A stretch of DNA of 64,000 nt from Acidimicrobiales bacterium (lineage in GTDB: Bacteria; Actinomycetota; Acidimicrobiia; Acidimicrobiales; CAIXPF01), in contig JBJXFH010000102.1 of assembly GCA_046155365.1 (NCBI GenBank), forward strand, positions 17,651-81,650, read 5' to 3'. Shown here in pieces: positions 17,064 through 25,614 of the stretch. The translations under genes and the position numbers were made by a program. The stretch's first letter is position 1; the number at the start of each line of letters is the position of its first letter. The notes below the pieces were generated by a model. The model had not been told where the DNA came from and did not search any database. It worked only from the letters and a program-made list of their open reading frames with translations.

Positions 17064-18376
17064 GGTGATCCTTCAGGCAATACGGACTCGCGGGGAACGT
17101 CAGGTCCGGAGTCTGCCACGGTACCGTCCGGCGAGGGTGAGGCGGGCGCCGCACCCCGGGGCCGGCCGGCGATCAGCCAGCGCCTCCGGATCATGGCCTG
17201 ATCCCGGGTGAGCCGGTCGTGGACCACCTCGTGGCGTTCGAGGTAGCTGGACGCCAAGGCGGTGAGGGTGGCGGTGACGGGCAGGGCCAGCACCGCTCCG
17301 ATGGGTCCCAGGATGGCCGCACCGGCGATGACCGATCCGAAGGCCACCGCGGAGTGCACCTGCATGGTGTGCGCAGTGATGCGCGGGGCGAGCAGGTAGT
17401 TCTCGAGCTGCTGGTAGACGAGCACCAAACCCAGCACCCATAGCGCCGAGGGCGGATCTTCGGCCAGGGCCACCAGCACCGGCAACGTGCCGGCCAGGTA
17501 CGTGCCCACCACCGGCACGAACTGGGAGACCACCGCCACCCACAGCGCCAGCGCCACCGGGGAGGGCACGCCAACCGCCGCGAAGCCGATCCAATGGAAG
17601 ATCAGCGACGCCAACGCCAGCACCGCCCGGGAGTACATGTAGCCACCGGTCTTGTCGATGGCCACCTCCCAGGCCCGCAACACCTCACGTTGACGAGCCG
17701 GCGGTAGCAGCGAGCAGATGGCACGGCGGAGTCTGGGGCCGTCCGCCACCAGGTAGTAGCTGAACATGGCCACCGTCAGGGCCTGGAACAACACCACCAC
17801 CACGGCACTGCCCACGGCCACGATGTTGGGGGCGATGGTGGCCGCGGCATCCGACAGGCGGCCACCATCTTGGAACTCCGCCAATAGTTTCTCGGTGTCG
17901 ATCTGAGTGTTGAAGTTGCTGTTGATCCACCGTTGAGCCTGTTCGATGTACCCCGGGCCGCTCTCGATGAGCTGCGCCGATTGGTCCGTGACCAGCCGAC
18001 CGATGATCCAACCGAACAGCGCCGCGGCCAGCGTGGTGATGGCGAACACCAACAGCGTGCCCAGCCCCCGGCGCAGCCCCAACCGCTCCAGCCGGTTCAC
18101 GGCTGGTTCCAGGGCGAAGGAGATCATGAGCGACACCGCCAGCATGATCAGCAGGCTGCGGAGCTGTACGAAGAGCCAGCCCATCATCCACAGCAGCACC
18201 AGCCCGCCCAGGAACAGCGCGATGGCCCTTGGCACCCAAGGCGGCATAGCCCGGGAGGAGCGCGAGGCGTCACCGTCAGGCGGTTGATCGATGGGCGGTT
18301 GATCGGTGGGCGACGGACCCTGCGGTGGGTCGAGGGCCGGGGCGGGCTGGCCGGGCCTTGGGCGGGGTTCTGTCAC
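17060..18376 (-). CDS. AI-2E family transporter (PerM/UPF0118-like permease)
   Basis: ORF 17060-18376 with about eight hydrophobic helices and the characteristic central soluble insertion. Family-typical segments include VVVLFQALTVAMFSYYLVADG and PVVGTYLAGTLPVLVAL. Confidence 0.85.
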   Translation of the reverse strand: MTEPRPRPGQPAPALDPPQGPSPTDQPPIDQPPDGDASRSSRAMPPWVPRAIALFLGGLVLLWMMGWLFVQLRSLLIMLAVSLMISFALEPAVNRLERLGLRRGLGTLLVFAITTLAAALFGWIIGRLVTDQSAQLIESGPGYIEQAQRWINSNFNTQIDTEKLLAEFQDGGRLSDAAATIAPNIVAVGSAVVVVLFQALTVAMFSYYLVADGPRLRRAICSLLPPARQREVLRAWEVAIDKTGGYMYSRAVLALASLIFHWIGFAAVGVPSPVALALWVAVVSQFVPVVGTYLAGTLPVLVALAEDPPSALWVLGLVLVYQQLENYLLAPRITAHTMQVHSAVAFGSVIAGAAILGPIGAVLALPVTATLTALASSYLERHEVVHDRLTRDQAMIRRRWLIAGRPRGAAPASPSPDGTVADSGPDVPRESVLPEGSP

Positions 18377-18394
18377 CGTGGGTCCTCCGCCTGG

Positions 18395-19315
18395 TCAGGC
18401 CACCGGTCGAAGGGCCGGGGCGTCCGCGGGAACCATGCCGGCGTCGAAACGGCGACGCACTTCGTTGCTGCCTTCGGGGCAACGCCGGGTGTAGGGGCAC
18501 CAGGCGCAAAGCGGCCCGGTGCGGGGTTCGAACCGTTCAGAGCTGACACAGGCATTGAGCGCTTCCCACGTGGCACCCAGCCGGCCAACGGCCTCGTCCA
18601 GCCGGTCGGGTGTGACCTCGATCTCAATGGTACGGGAGCCGAGGTACAACAGGCGCGCTCGCACCGGTTCGGTCCCGCTCTGCTCCCGCCACCCGGCGGC
18701 GTAGAGCAGTACCTGGTCCAGTTTGGCGGCCTCGTACGCAGGTTTCGGGGCCCGGCCGGACTTGTAATCGGTCACCGCCACACCCTGCGCCGTTCGTTCC
18801 ACCCGGTCCAGGACCCCCAGAAACGGCACCTCGCCCAGTTGCACGTCCAGCGGGCTCTCGGTGGCCAGGACCTCCACCGAGGCCGGGTCTTCCAGGTCCC
18901 ACAACCCCGCCACCGCTTGCCAGACCTTCCACTTGTACTGGCGCTGACCGTCTGCATCCAGCCCCAGATCGGCCACTTCGGGCAGAGCCTGGTGGGTGGG
19001 CCACTCCTCGGTGGCGAGGTGCCGGGCCCGGTCCAGGTGCCGATCACCGGCCGGTTCGGCCAGCAGCCGTTCCAGCACCCGGTGCACCAGCGTGCCGGCC
19101 AGCGCCGCCAGCCCGGGCGGGTCCGGCAAACGCTCCACGTAGCGAAAGCGCCACCGCCGGGGGCACTGCTCGAACGTGGCCGCCGCCGTGGGGGACAGAT
19201 GACGGGGATGGCGAACCGACGGATCTGGCACCGCCACCTCCGCCGCGGCAGGCTCGGGCACCGTCACCGTGGCCCCCGGGGGTTGCACGGGGATCAGGCA
19301 GGGTGCGGTGCTCAT
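18395..19315 (-). CDS. PD-(D/E)XK nuclease family protein (RecB-like exonuclease with C-terminal Cys cluster)
   Basis: ORF 18395-19477, trimmed to MSTAPCLIPV (complement of 19313-19315). Motifs LSPTAAATFEQCPRRWRFRYVERL, VLDRVERT...VAVTDYKSGRAP (D/E-x-K) and the C-terminal CAWCPYTRRCPEG. Confidence 0.75.
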   Translation of the reverse strand: MSTAPCLIPVQPPGATVTVPEPAAAEVAVPDPSVRHPRHLSPTAAATFEQCPRRWRFRYVERLPDPPGLAALAGTLVHRVLERLLAEPAGDRHLDRARHLATEEWPTHQALPEVADLGLDADGQRQYKWKVWQAVAGLWDLEDPASVEVLATESPLDVQLGEVPFLGVLDRVERTAQGVAVTDYKSGRAPKPAYEAAKLDQVLLYAAGWREQSGTEPVRARLLYLGSRTIEIEVTPDRLDEAVGRLGATWEALNACVSSERFEPRTGPLCAWCPYTRRCPEGSNEVRRRFDAGMVPADAPALRPVA

Positions 19316-19368
19316 GGCGCTGTTGTAACCCACGGGGTGTGACAGCGGAGGGATGGTGACCGGTTTGT

Positions 19369-20145
19369 TCACCCCTGCTGTTGGCGGGCCTGGTGCAGGA
19401 AACCGGCAAAGAGGTGGCGCATGGCCGGGTCCCGCTCGAAGGTGTCCTCGGGGTGCCACTGCACCGCCACCAGCCAATGGCGGGGGTGCTCGAGCGCTTC
19501 CACCACGCCGTCAGCGCTGCGGCCCACCACCACCAGGTCCGCGCCCAGCCGGTCCACCGCCTGGTGGTGGCTGTGGGCGCCCATGGCCACGGCCACGTCG
19601 GTGTCTGCCGCCGGGCCGGCCAGCAACCGGGCCAGCTTGCTCCCGGGGGTGATCGCCACCTCCAGCAACGGGCCGATGGAATCGGGTTCCGCTTGGGGGA
19701 ACGTGGCGGGGGCGTGGGCGGCGCGACCGGGCTGATCCTGCAGGTGCTGATCCAGGCTCCCACCGAAGAACACGTTGACCAGTTGCAACCCTCGACAGAT
19801 GGCCAGCACCGGCACCCCCACCCGCAGGGCCGCGGCCAGCAGGGCCAGTTCGAACTCGTCCTGTGCGTGCTCCACGCCGTAGGTGCGGGGGTGAGCATTT
19901 TGGCCGTACCTGGCCGGGTCCAGGTCCCCGCCCCCGGGAAGACACAGACCCTGCGCCTGGCGGAGGAGCGCATCGAGGGCCGCGTCCGCCAGATCGGCCC
20001 CGGTGCGGGGCAGGCAGACCATCTCTACCCCGCCGCTGCGGATGATGGCGTTGACATAGCGCTGTCCCAGGCTGAGCACCGCCTGGCGGCCGGCGCGGCC
20101 GGCGGGCAGCACCCGACCCGGGATCAGGATGCGGGGCGCGACCAC
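19369..20145 (-). CDS. class I glutamine amidotransferase / gamma-glutamyl-GABA hydrolase family (peptidase C26)
   Basis: ORF 19369-20145. Motifs LPGGGDLDPARYG, the nucleophile elbow LAICRGLQLVNV, and HSHHQAV. Confidence 0.8.
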   Translation of the reverse strand: MVAPRILIPGRVLPAGRAGRQAVLSLGQRYVNAIIRSGGVEMVCLPRTGADLADAALDALLRQAQGLCLPGGGDLDPARYGQNAHPRTYGVEHAQDEFELALLAAALRVGVPVLAICRGLQLVNVFFGGSLDQHLQDQPGRAAHAPATFPQAEPDSIGPLLEVAITPGSKLARLLAGPAADTDVAVAMGAHSHHQAVDRLGADLVVVGRSADGVVEALEHPRHWLVAVQWHPEDTFERDPAMRHLFAGFLHQARQQQG

Positions 20146-20176
20146 TGGGGCGACACGGGCAATATCGGACGCGGGG

Positions 20177-21034
20177 TCAGCGTTTGTATTCGTAGAAGCC
20201 CCGACCGGCTTTGCGGCCCAGGAGTCCGGCCTCGCACATGCGGGCCAGCAGCGGCGGCGGGGCGTAGACCTGCTCCCGGAACTCGTCGTACAAGGACTCG
20301 GCCACCGCCTTGGTGGTGTCCAGCCCGATCAGGTCGGCCAGGGCCAACGGTCCCATGGGGTGATTGCAGCCCTCCACCATGCCAGCGTCGATATCGGCGG
20401 CGGTGGCGAAGCCGGACTCCAGCATGCGGATGGCGGACAGCAGATACGGCACCAGGAGGGCGTTCACGATGAACCCGGCCCGGTCCTTGCTCAAGATGAC
20501 TCGCTTGGCCAGCTTGTTCTGGGAAAAATCGGCCACCGAGGACCGGGTCTCCTCCGAGGTCAGCAGGCTTGTGACCACCTCCACCAGGTTCATTACCGGA
20601 ACCGGGTTGAAAAAGTGCATGCCCACCACGTTGGCCGGACGACTGGTGACCATGGCCAGCTTCATGATCGGAATGGACGAGGTGTTCGACGCCAGGATGG
20701 CCTGGGGCCGGGTCATGACCTTGTCCAGGGTCCGGAACACGTCAGTCTTGGCGTCCTCGTTCTCGATCACCGCCTCCACCACCAGGTCCCGTTCGGCCAT
20801 GTCGGCCAGGTCGGTGGTGAACGACAGGCGGCTCAGGGTTTCATCCCGGGCGGCTTCGCTCAGCTTGTTGGCGGTCACCGCCCGGTCCAGGGAGCGCACC
20901 ATCCGCTCCCGTCCGGCCTCGGCGGCAGTGGCGTCAACCTCGTGGACCAGCACGTCGAGCCCGGCCCGAGCGCAAACCTCCGCGATGCCCGAGCCCATCA
21001 ACCCGCAACCGACCACGCCGACCTGTTCAATCAT
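20177..21034 (-). CDS. 3-hydroxyacyl-CoA / 3-hydroxybutyryl-CoA dehydrogenase
   Basis: ORF 20177-21034. Rossmann motif VGVVGCGLMGSGIAEV, then NTSSIPI, GMHFFNPVPVM, FIVNALLVPYL and GCNHPMGPLALADLIGLD. Confidence 0.9.
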   Translation of the reverse strand: MIEQVGVVGCGLMGSGIAEVCARAGLDVLVHEVDATAAEAGRERMVRSLDRAVTANKLSEAARDETLSRLSFTTDLADMAERDLVVEAVIENEDAKTDVFRTLDKVMTRPQAILASNTSSIPIMKLAMVTSRPANVVGMHFFNPVPVMNLVEVVTSLLTSEETRSSVADFSQNKLAKRVILSKDRAGFIVNALLVPYLLSAIRMLESGFATAADIDAGMVEGCNHPMGPLALADLIGLDTTKAVAESLYDEFREQVYAPPPLLARMCEAGLLGRKAGRGFYEYKR

Positions 21035-21080
21035 GACCGCCGAGGCTAGTTCCCCAGGGAAGGAACCGTTCAGGACCCGT

Positions 21081-22223
21081 TCAGGAGTCCGTCAGTTGGT
21101 AGGCCTCCAGGACCTGCGGGCCGAGCATGCCGACGATGCGACGGTTGCGGTCCACCACCAGCACCGTGCCGTGGCGCAGCTCCGGATGATCAGCCAGCAC
21201 TTCCAGCAGCGGGGCGTCCACCGCCACCACCGGAACGTCCCGGCGGGGTTCGGTCAGCTGCTCCAGGCGGAACTCGTGGCGACGGGCCGGCGGGATGGTC
21301 AACGCCGTGGCCAGACGCACCACCCCGATGATCTCCCCGACGGCATCGCGGACCGGGAACACATCGTGGCCCTGATAGGCCGTTCCGGGCGGGACCAGCG
21401 ATTGGAGGTGCCGGAGCAGGTCCTCCACGTTCATCCAGTCCTCGACGATGGGCGGGTCGGGCCGCATGATGTCCCCCACGGTCCGACCGGCCAGAAACCC
21501 TGCGCTTCGCCGTTGCCGTTCGAAGCTGCCGGCGCTGCTGAGCACGAACGCCCCCACCACCAGCATCCACAGCCCTTCGGCGCCACCCCGGCGGAACTGC
21601 ACCAACCCGTACAGCACCAGCAACCCGCCGATCAGCCATCCGGCCCTCGACGCCACCATGTCGCCGGTGTCGCGTCGCCCGCTGAGTTTCCAGGTGACCG
21701 CGCCCACCACCCGACCACCGTCGAGGGGCAGCGCCGGCAGCAGGTTGACCCCCAACAGCAGCAGGTTGGTGCGGGACAGCCAGTCGAACATCTCCGAGGC
21801 GATGGAAGCCCCCACGGTGGGCTCGGTCAGCATGGCCAACGCCCAGAACACCCCGGCCAGGATCCCGTTCGAGGCCGGTCCCGCCAGGGCGATGCGGGCT
21901 TCGGCGGCGGAGGTTCGGGGCAGGGACGTCAGACGGGCGACGCCGCCGAACATCCATAACGTCACCCCCGACACGCCCACCCCGTCACCCCTTGCCACCA
22001 GGGCGTGGGCCATTTCGTGCAGCAGGATCGAGGCCACGAACAACACCGTGGTGGCCACCGCCGCGGCCCAGTAACGGCTGCCGTCGCGGCCGGGGAAGGC
22101 GAAGGGGTAGCTGTTGACTGCCAAGCTGAACGCGAAGAACGTGCTGATGGCCAGCAACCCCCAGCTGACGCCCACCCGGACGCCCAGGATGCGGCCCAGG
22201 GACAGCTCGCTGCGGCCCCTCAC
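21081..22223 (-). CDS. M50 site-2 protease family protein with C-terminal CBS pair
   Basis: ORF 21081-22223. HEMAHALVA (HExxH) lies in a polytopic N-terminal half, followed by NLLPALPLDGGRV. The C-terminal part has CBS-like repeats (TVGDIMRP..., VFPVRDAVGEIIGVV, VLVVDRNRRIVGML). Confidence 0.85.
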   Translation of the reverse strand: MRGRSELSLGRILGVRVGVSWGLLAISTFFAFSLAVNSYPFAFPGRDGSRYWAAAVATTVLFVASILLHEMAHALVARGDGVGVSGVTLWMFGGVARLTSLPRTSAAEARIALAGPASNGILAGVFWALAMLTEPTVGASIASEMFDWLSRTNLLLLGVNLLPALPLDGGRVVGAVTWKLSGRRDTGDMVASRAGWLIGGLLVLYGLVQFRRGGAEGLWMLVVGAFVLSSAGSFERQRRSAGFLAGRTVGDIMRPDPPIVEDWMNVEDLLRHLQSLVPPGTAYQGHDVFPVRDAVGEIIGVVRLATALTIPPARRHEFRLEQLTEPRRDVPVVAVDAPLLEVLADHPELRHGTVLVVDRNRRIVGMLGPQVLEAYQLTDS

Positions 22224-23062
22224 GCGGTGCCGTCCCCTACCGGTTCGGTCACGAAGTCGATGAGTTCCTCCACGGCGCCGACCAGGCTGGGATCAAGATC
22301 GGCGTAGGTGCGGACCTTGCCCAGCAGCTGCTGCCAGAACGCCCACGGCTCAGCCACCCCCAACGCGGCGCAGATCCCGTCCTTCCAGGTTTGGGAGCGG
22401 TCCACCTGAGGCCAGGCGTCCAGGCCCACCAGCCCCGGTGCGATGGCGGCCCACACGTCCACGAAGCGGTGGCCGCGAACCATGACGTGGGGTCGGCGAA
22501 CGGCGGCGGCCACCCGGGATTCCTTGCTGCCGCTCACCAGGTGATCCACCAACACCCCCACCCGGGCGTCGGGGCCGGGGCCGAAGCGATCCAGTTGGGT
22601 TTCGAGGTGATCCACGCCGTCGAGCAGTTCCACCACCACACCCTCGTGACGCAGATCATCGCCCCAGACCTTTTCCAGCAACTCGGCGTCGTGGCGGCCC
22701 TCCACCCACAAGCGGCTGGCCCGAGCCACCCGGGCCGGGGCCCGAGGCACGGCCACCGAACCGGAGGCGGTGAAGGACGTTCCGGAGGCGCCGGTGGGGG
22801 CGGCGGGAATGGTCAGGGTGGCGACCCGGCCCTCCACCATGAACCCGCCCGGCTCAAGGGGGAAGCGATGCTTGGCCTGGCGGCGATCCACCACCACCAC
22901 CTGACCCTTGGCCCAGCTCAGCACGGCGCCGGTGACCCCACTGGCTCGGTGTTCGACCACCAGCCCTTTGCGCAGCTCGGTCTTGGGCGGCGGGCGACGG
23001 CGGGCGTCCACATCCACCGGCCCTGACACGATGCCCCGGCCCGGCGTCCGATGCTGGGTCAT
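22220..23062 (-). CDS. DUF3097-like conserved actinobacterial protein
   Basis: ORF 22220-23062, whose stop overlaps the M50 start by 4 nt. The sequence pattern (GLVVEHRASGVTGAVL...VVVVDRRQAKHRF...VEGRHDAELLEKVWGDDLRHEGVVVELLDGVDHL) matches my recollection of DUF3097. Family assignment needs an HMM check. Confidence 0.6.
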   Translation of the reverse strand: MTQHRTPGRGIVSGPVDVDARRRPPPKTELRKGLVVEHRASGVTGAVLSWAKGQVVVVDRRQAKHRFPLEPGGFMVEGRVATLTIPAAPTGASGTSFTASGSVAVPRAPARVARASRLWVEGRHDAELLEKVWGDDLRHEGVVVELLDGVDHLETQLDRFGPGPDARVGVLVDHLVSGSKESRVAAAVRRPHVMVRGHRFVDVWAAIAPGLVGLDAWPQVDRSQTWKDGICAALGVAEPWAFWQQLLGKVRTYADLDPSLVGAVEELIDFVTEPVGDGTA

Positions 23063-23262
23063 CCCTGTGGCTCCGTCATCCCCCGACGTTCGATGAGACC
23101 CGCGGTCGCGTTCACAGTGGCGATGGTACCGACCGTCGGCGCCGTCGCCCGGGCGCGCCGGCGGGTCCTGCCCGCGCCCATCGTCGGTAGCCTTCCCAAC
23201 CGGGGATGGCCCGGGGTTCGCCGGGTCGACGCTGCGAGAAGGGTGGCCCCGTGCTTCGGGTC

Positions 23263-24045
23263 ATGACGTGGAACCTCTGGTGGCGCTTCGGGCCGTGGTG
23301 GGCCCGCCAGGCCGCCATCGGTGAGGTGTTGGCCGCTCAGCAGGCAGACCTCATCGGGTTGCAGGAGGTCTGGGTGGAGGAGTCCGGCGCCAACCAGGCC
23401 GAGGTCCTGGCCCACCGGCTGGGCTACCACTGGCGGGTCGGTGAGCTGCACTTTCGTGATGGGTTGGCGTTCACCAACGCCATCATCAGCCGGTGGCCGA
23501 TCCAGACCACGTTCCGGGCCCGTCTGCCCGACGGCGCCGGTGATCTGTCCCATCGTCAGGTGTTAGGTGTCCGGGTCACCACCGGGGTCGGCCCGGTGCT
23601 GTTCGTCACCACCCACCTGGATTGGGCCTTCGACGCCAGCCCCACCCGCCGGGCGCAGCTGCAGGCCGTCTGTCAGCTCATCGCCGCCGAACGACCCGAT
23701 CCCGAGCATGGGTACCCCGCCATCCTCACCGGCGACCTGAACGCCACCCCAGCGGCCGATGAGCTGCGGATGATGACCGGCGCCGCGCCCGTGGCGGTAC
23801 CGGGATTGGCCTTCGTGGACGCGTGGGAGGTGGCCGGCGGGGGGCAGCCGGGCCACACCTGGAATGGCGCCAACCCGTACCTGGCCGACGCCGGGTACCC
23901 CAACCGTCGGCTGGACTATGTGATGGTCAGCTGGCCTCGTCCCAAGCCGATGGGGTCCGTGGCGGGGGTGTGGATGGCCGGCGTGGCCCCCGTGGATGGG
24001 GTCATCGCCTCAGACCACTATGCGGTGGTGGCCGACCTGCGCTGA
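23263..24045 (+). CDS. endonuclease/exonuclease/phosphatase (EEP) family protein
   Basis: ORF 23206-24045, start taken at MTWNLWW (ATG 23263; GTG 23251 or 23206 are alternatives). Motifs LIGLQEV, TGDLNATP, SDHYAVVADL. Confidence 0.8.
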   Translation: MTWNLWWRFGPWWARQAAIGEVLAAQQADLIGLQEVWVEESGANQAEVLAHRLGYHWRVGELHFRDGLAFTNAIISRWPIQTTFRARLPDGAGDLSHRQVLGVRVTTGVGPVLFVTTHLDWAFDASPTRRAQLQAVCQLIAAERPDPEHGYPAILTGDLNATPAADELRMMTGAAPVAVPGLAFVDAWEVAGGGQPGHTWNGANPYLADAGYPNRRLDYVMVSWPRPKPMGSVAGVWMAGVAPVDGVIASDHYAVVADLR

Positions 24046-24087
24046 ACCGCTGGGGTGGCAGGCCCGGCCCGGCTACCTTCGGCCCCC

Positions 24088-24924
24088 ATGGTGGAGCAGG
24101 CACACGGACAGGCACAGGCACAGGCACTGGCACTGGCACAGCAGGCGCCCTTGCAGGGTCGGGTGGCGCTGGTCAGCGGGGGTGGCCGGGGTATCGGACG
24201 GGCCATCTGCCTGGGGCTGGCCGAAGACGGGGCCGATGTGGTGGTGAACTACCGCCGCGACGCCGAAGCCGCCGCGGCCACCGTGGCGGACATCGAGGCG
24301 TTGGGTCGGCGGGCGTTGGCGGTTGCGGCTTCGGTGGATGATTACGACGCCTGCCGGCACCTGGTGGACGCCGCCACCACCCAGTTCGGGCCCGTCGACA
24401 TCCTGGTCAACAACGGGGCCATCGCCAGCGCGGGTCGATCGGTGGCGGACACCGACCCCGCCGAGATGGAGCGGGTGGTGCGCAGCCACGCCTTCGGGGC
24501 CTGGAACCTGTGCAACCTGGTCCTGCCCGGCATGCGGACCAGGCCCCGGGGGGACATCGTGATGATCTCCTCGGTGGCGTCCATGTCCAACAACGCCAAC
24601 GGTGCCCCGTACAACATGGGCAAGGCGGCCCTCGAAGCGCTGGCGTTCACCTTGGCCAAAGAGGAACGGCCCCACGGCATCCACGTCAACGTGGTGGCCC
24701 CGGGGCTGGTGGAGACCGATATGGGCCGCCGCCTGGCCCGGGCCGTGGCCGGGGTCACCGACATGCGGTCCCTGGATCAGATCATGCCCTTCGGTCGGGT
24801 GTGCCAGCCCCGGGACGTGGCGGACGTGGTGCGGTTCTTCTGCGGACCGGCTGCCGGTTACCTGAGCGGCGAGAAGCTCAACGTGTGGGGCGGCGGACAG
24901 GACTGGCGAAACGCCTCGGGCTGA
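24088..24924 (+). CDS. SDR family oxidoreductase (FabG-like)
   Basis: ORF 24055-24924. Motifs ALVSGGGRGIGRA, NNGAI and YNMGKAAL (YxxxK). The N-terminus carries an AQ-rich extension encoded by a hexanucleotide repeat. Confidence 0.9.
   Translation: MVEQAHGQAQAQALALAQQAPLQGRVALVSGGGRGIGRAICLGLAEDGADVVVNYRRDAEAAAATVADIEALGRRALAVAASVDDYDACRHLVDAATTQFGPVDILVNNGAIASAGRSVADTDPAEMERVVRSHAFGAWNLCNLVLPGMRTRPRGDIVMISSVASMSNNANGAPYNMGKAALEALAFTLAKEERPHGIHVNVVAPGLVETDMGRRLARAVAGVTDMRSLDQIMPFGRVCQPRDVADVVRFFCGPAAGYLSGEKLNVWGGGQDWRNASG
24105..24142. repeat. short hexanucleotide microsatellite (GGCAC[A/T])n, about 6 units, at the 5' end of the SDR gene
   Basis: Read directly: cggaca ggcaca ggcaca ggcact ggcact ggcaca gcaggc. 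It encodes GQAQAQALALAQQ. Confidence 0.8.
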
Positions 24925-24947
24925 ACCTCGGCGGTAACGTGGCAACC

Positions 24948-25601
24948 ATGTCCACCAGCGAGATCAGCACCGACGAAACCCCCGTCGAGCTCTATGAGTT
25001 CGTGCTCGCGGCCACCCCCCGGGCCATTGACAAGGTTCTGGAGTTGCGAGCCGGCGAGGACGACCCCGATCTGATGGGCCTGCGGGTGGAGATCACCGGG
25101 TTCTCGGGCATGGACTTCCACTATGACCTGGCCTTCGAGCCGCTGGCGGATGTGGCCGACGGGGACTCGGTGACCGTGCAGGGCGGCCTGCCGGTGATCG
25201 TGCCGGCCAACAGCCTCATCAACTTGTCCGGTTCCACGTTGGATCTGCCCACCAACGAGGCCCAGGGTGGGCTGGTCATCCGGAACCCGAACCGGCCCAA
25301 CCCGCTGGCCGGTGTGGATCTGGAGCTGACCGGCAGCGTGGCGGAAAAGGTCCAGACGCTGCTGGAGCAGTCCATCAACCCGTCCCTGGCGTCCCACGGT
25401 GGTTACGCCACCTTCATGGGCGTTGATGAGGCCGCCGGGAACGTGTACCTGACCATGGGCGGCGGCTGTCAGGGTTGCGCCATGAGCCAGGCCACCCTGA
25501 CCCAGGGCATCAAGGCGTCCATCCTGGAAGCGATCCCCGAGGTCAAAGACGTCATCGACGCCACCGACCACACCGCCGGAGATAACCCCTTCTACCAGTG
25601 A
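24948..25601 (+). CDS. NfuA-like Fe-S cluster carrier (Cys-less HesB/IscA-like N-domain + Nfu C-domain)
   Basis: Inner part of ORF 24510-25601; ATG 24948 (MSTSEISTDE). The C-terminal NifU-like domain has GGYATFMGVDEAAGNVYLTMGGGCQGCAMS. Confidence 0.8.
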   Translation: MSTSEISTDETPVELYEFVLAATPRAIDKVLELRAGEDDPDLMGLRVEITGFSGMDFHYDLAFEPLADVADGDSVTVQGGLPVIVPANSLINLSGSTLDLPTNEAQGGLVIRNPNRPNPLAGVDLELTGSVAEKVQTLLEQSINPSLASHGGYATFMGVDEAAGNVYLTMGGGCQGCAMSQATLTQGIKASILEAIPEVKDVIDATDHTAGDNPFYQ

Positions 25602-25614
25602 TCGGCGGCAGCGG

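Noticed and set aside
17933-19342. 469-aa plus-strand ORF spanning the AI-2E transporter and PD-(D/E)XK nuclease genes
   Set aside because: It is entirely antisense to two minus-strand genes with clear family motifs. Its translation is Arg/Gly/Pro/His-rich low-information text, typical of shadow ORFs in high-GC DNA.
20364-21959. 531-aa plus-strand ORF across hbd and the M50 protease gene. The same reasoning applies to 11679-13160 (minus), 28274-29347 (minus), 30261-31445 (minus), 32031-33521 (plus), 59297-60496 (plus) and 62706-63944 (plus).
   Set aside because: Each is antisense to a gene with strong family motifs. None shows motifs of its own. In this GC range long stop-free antisense frames are expected.
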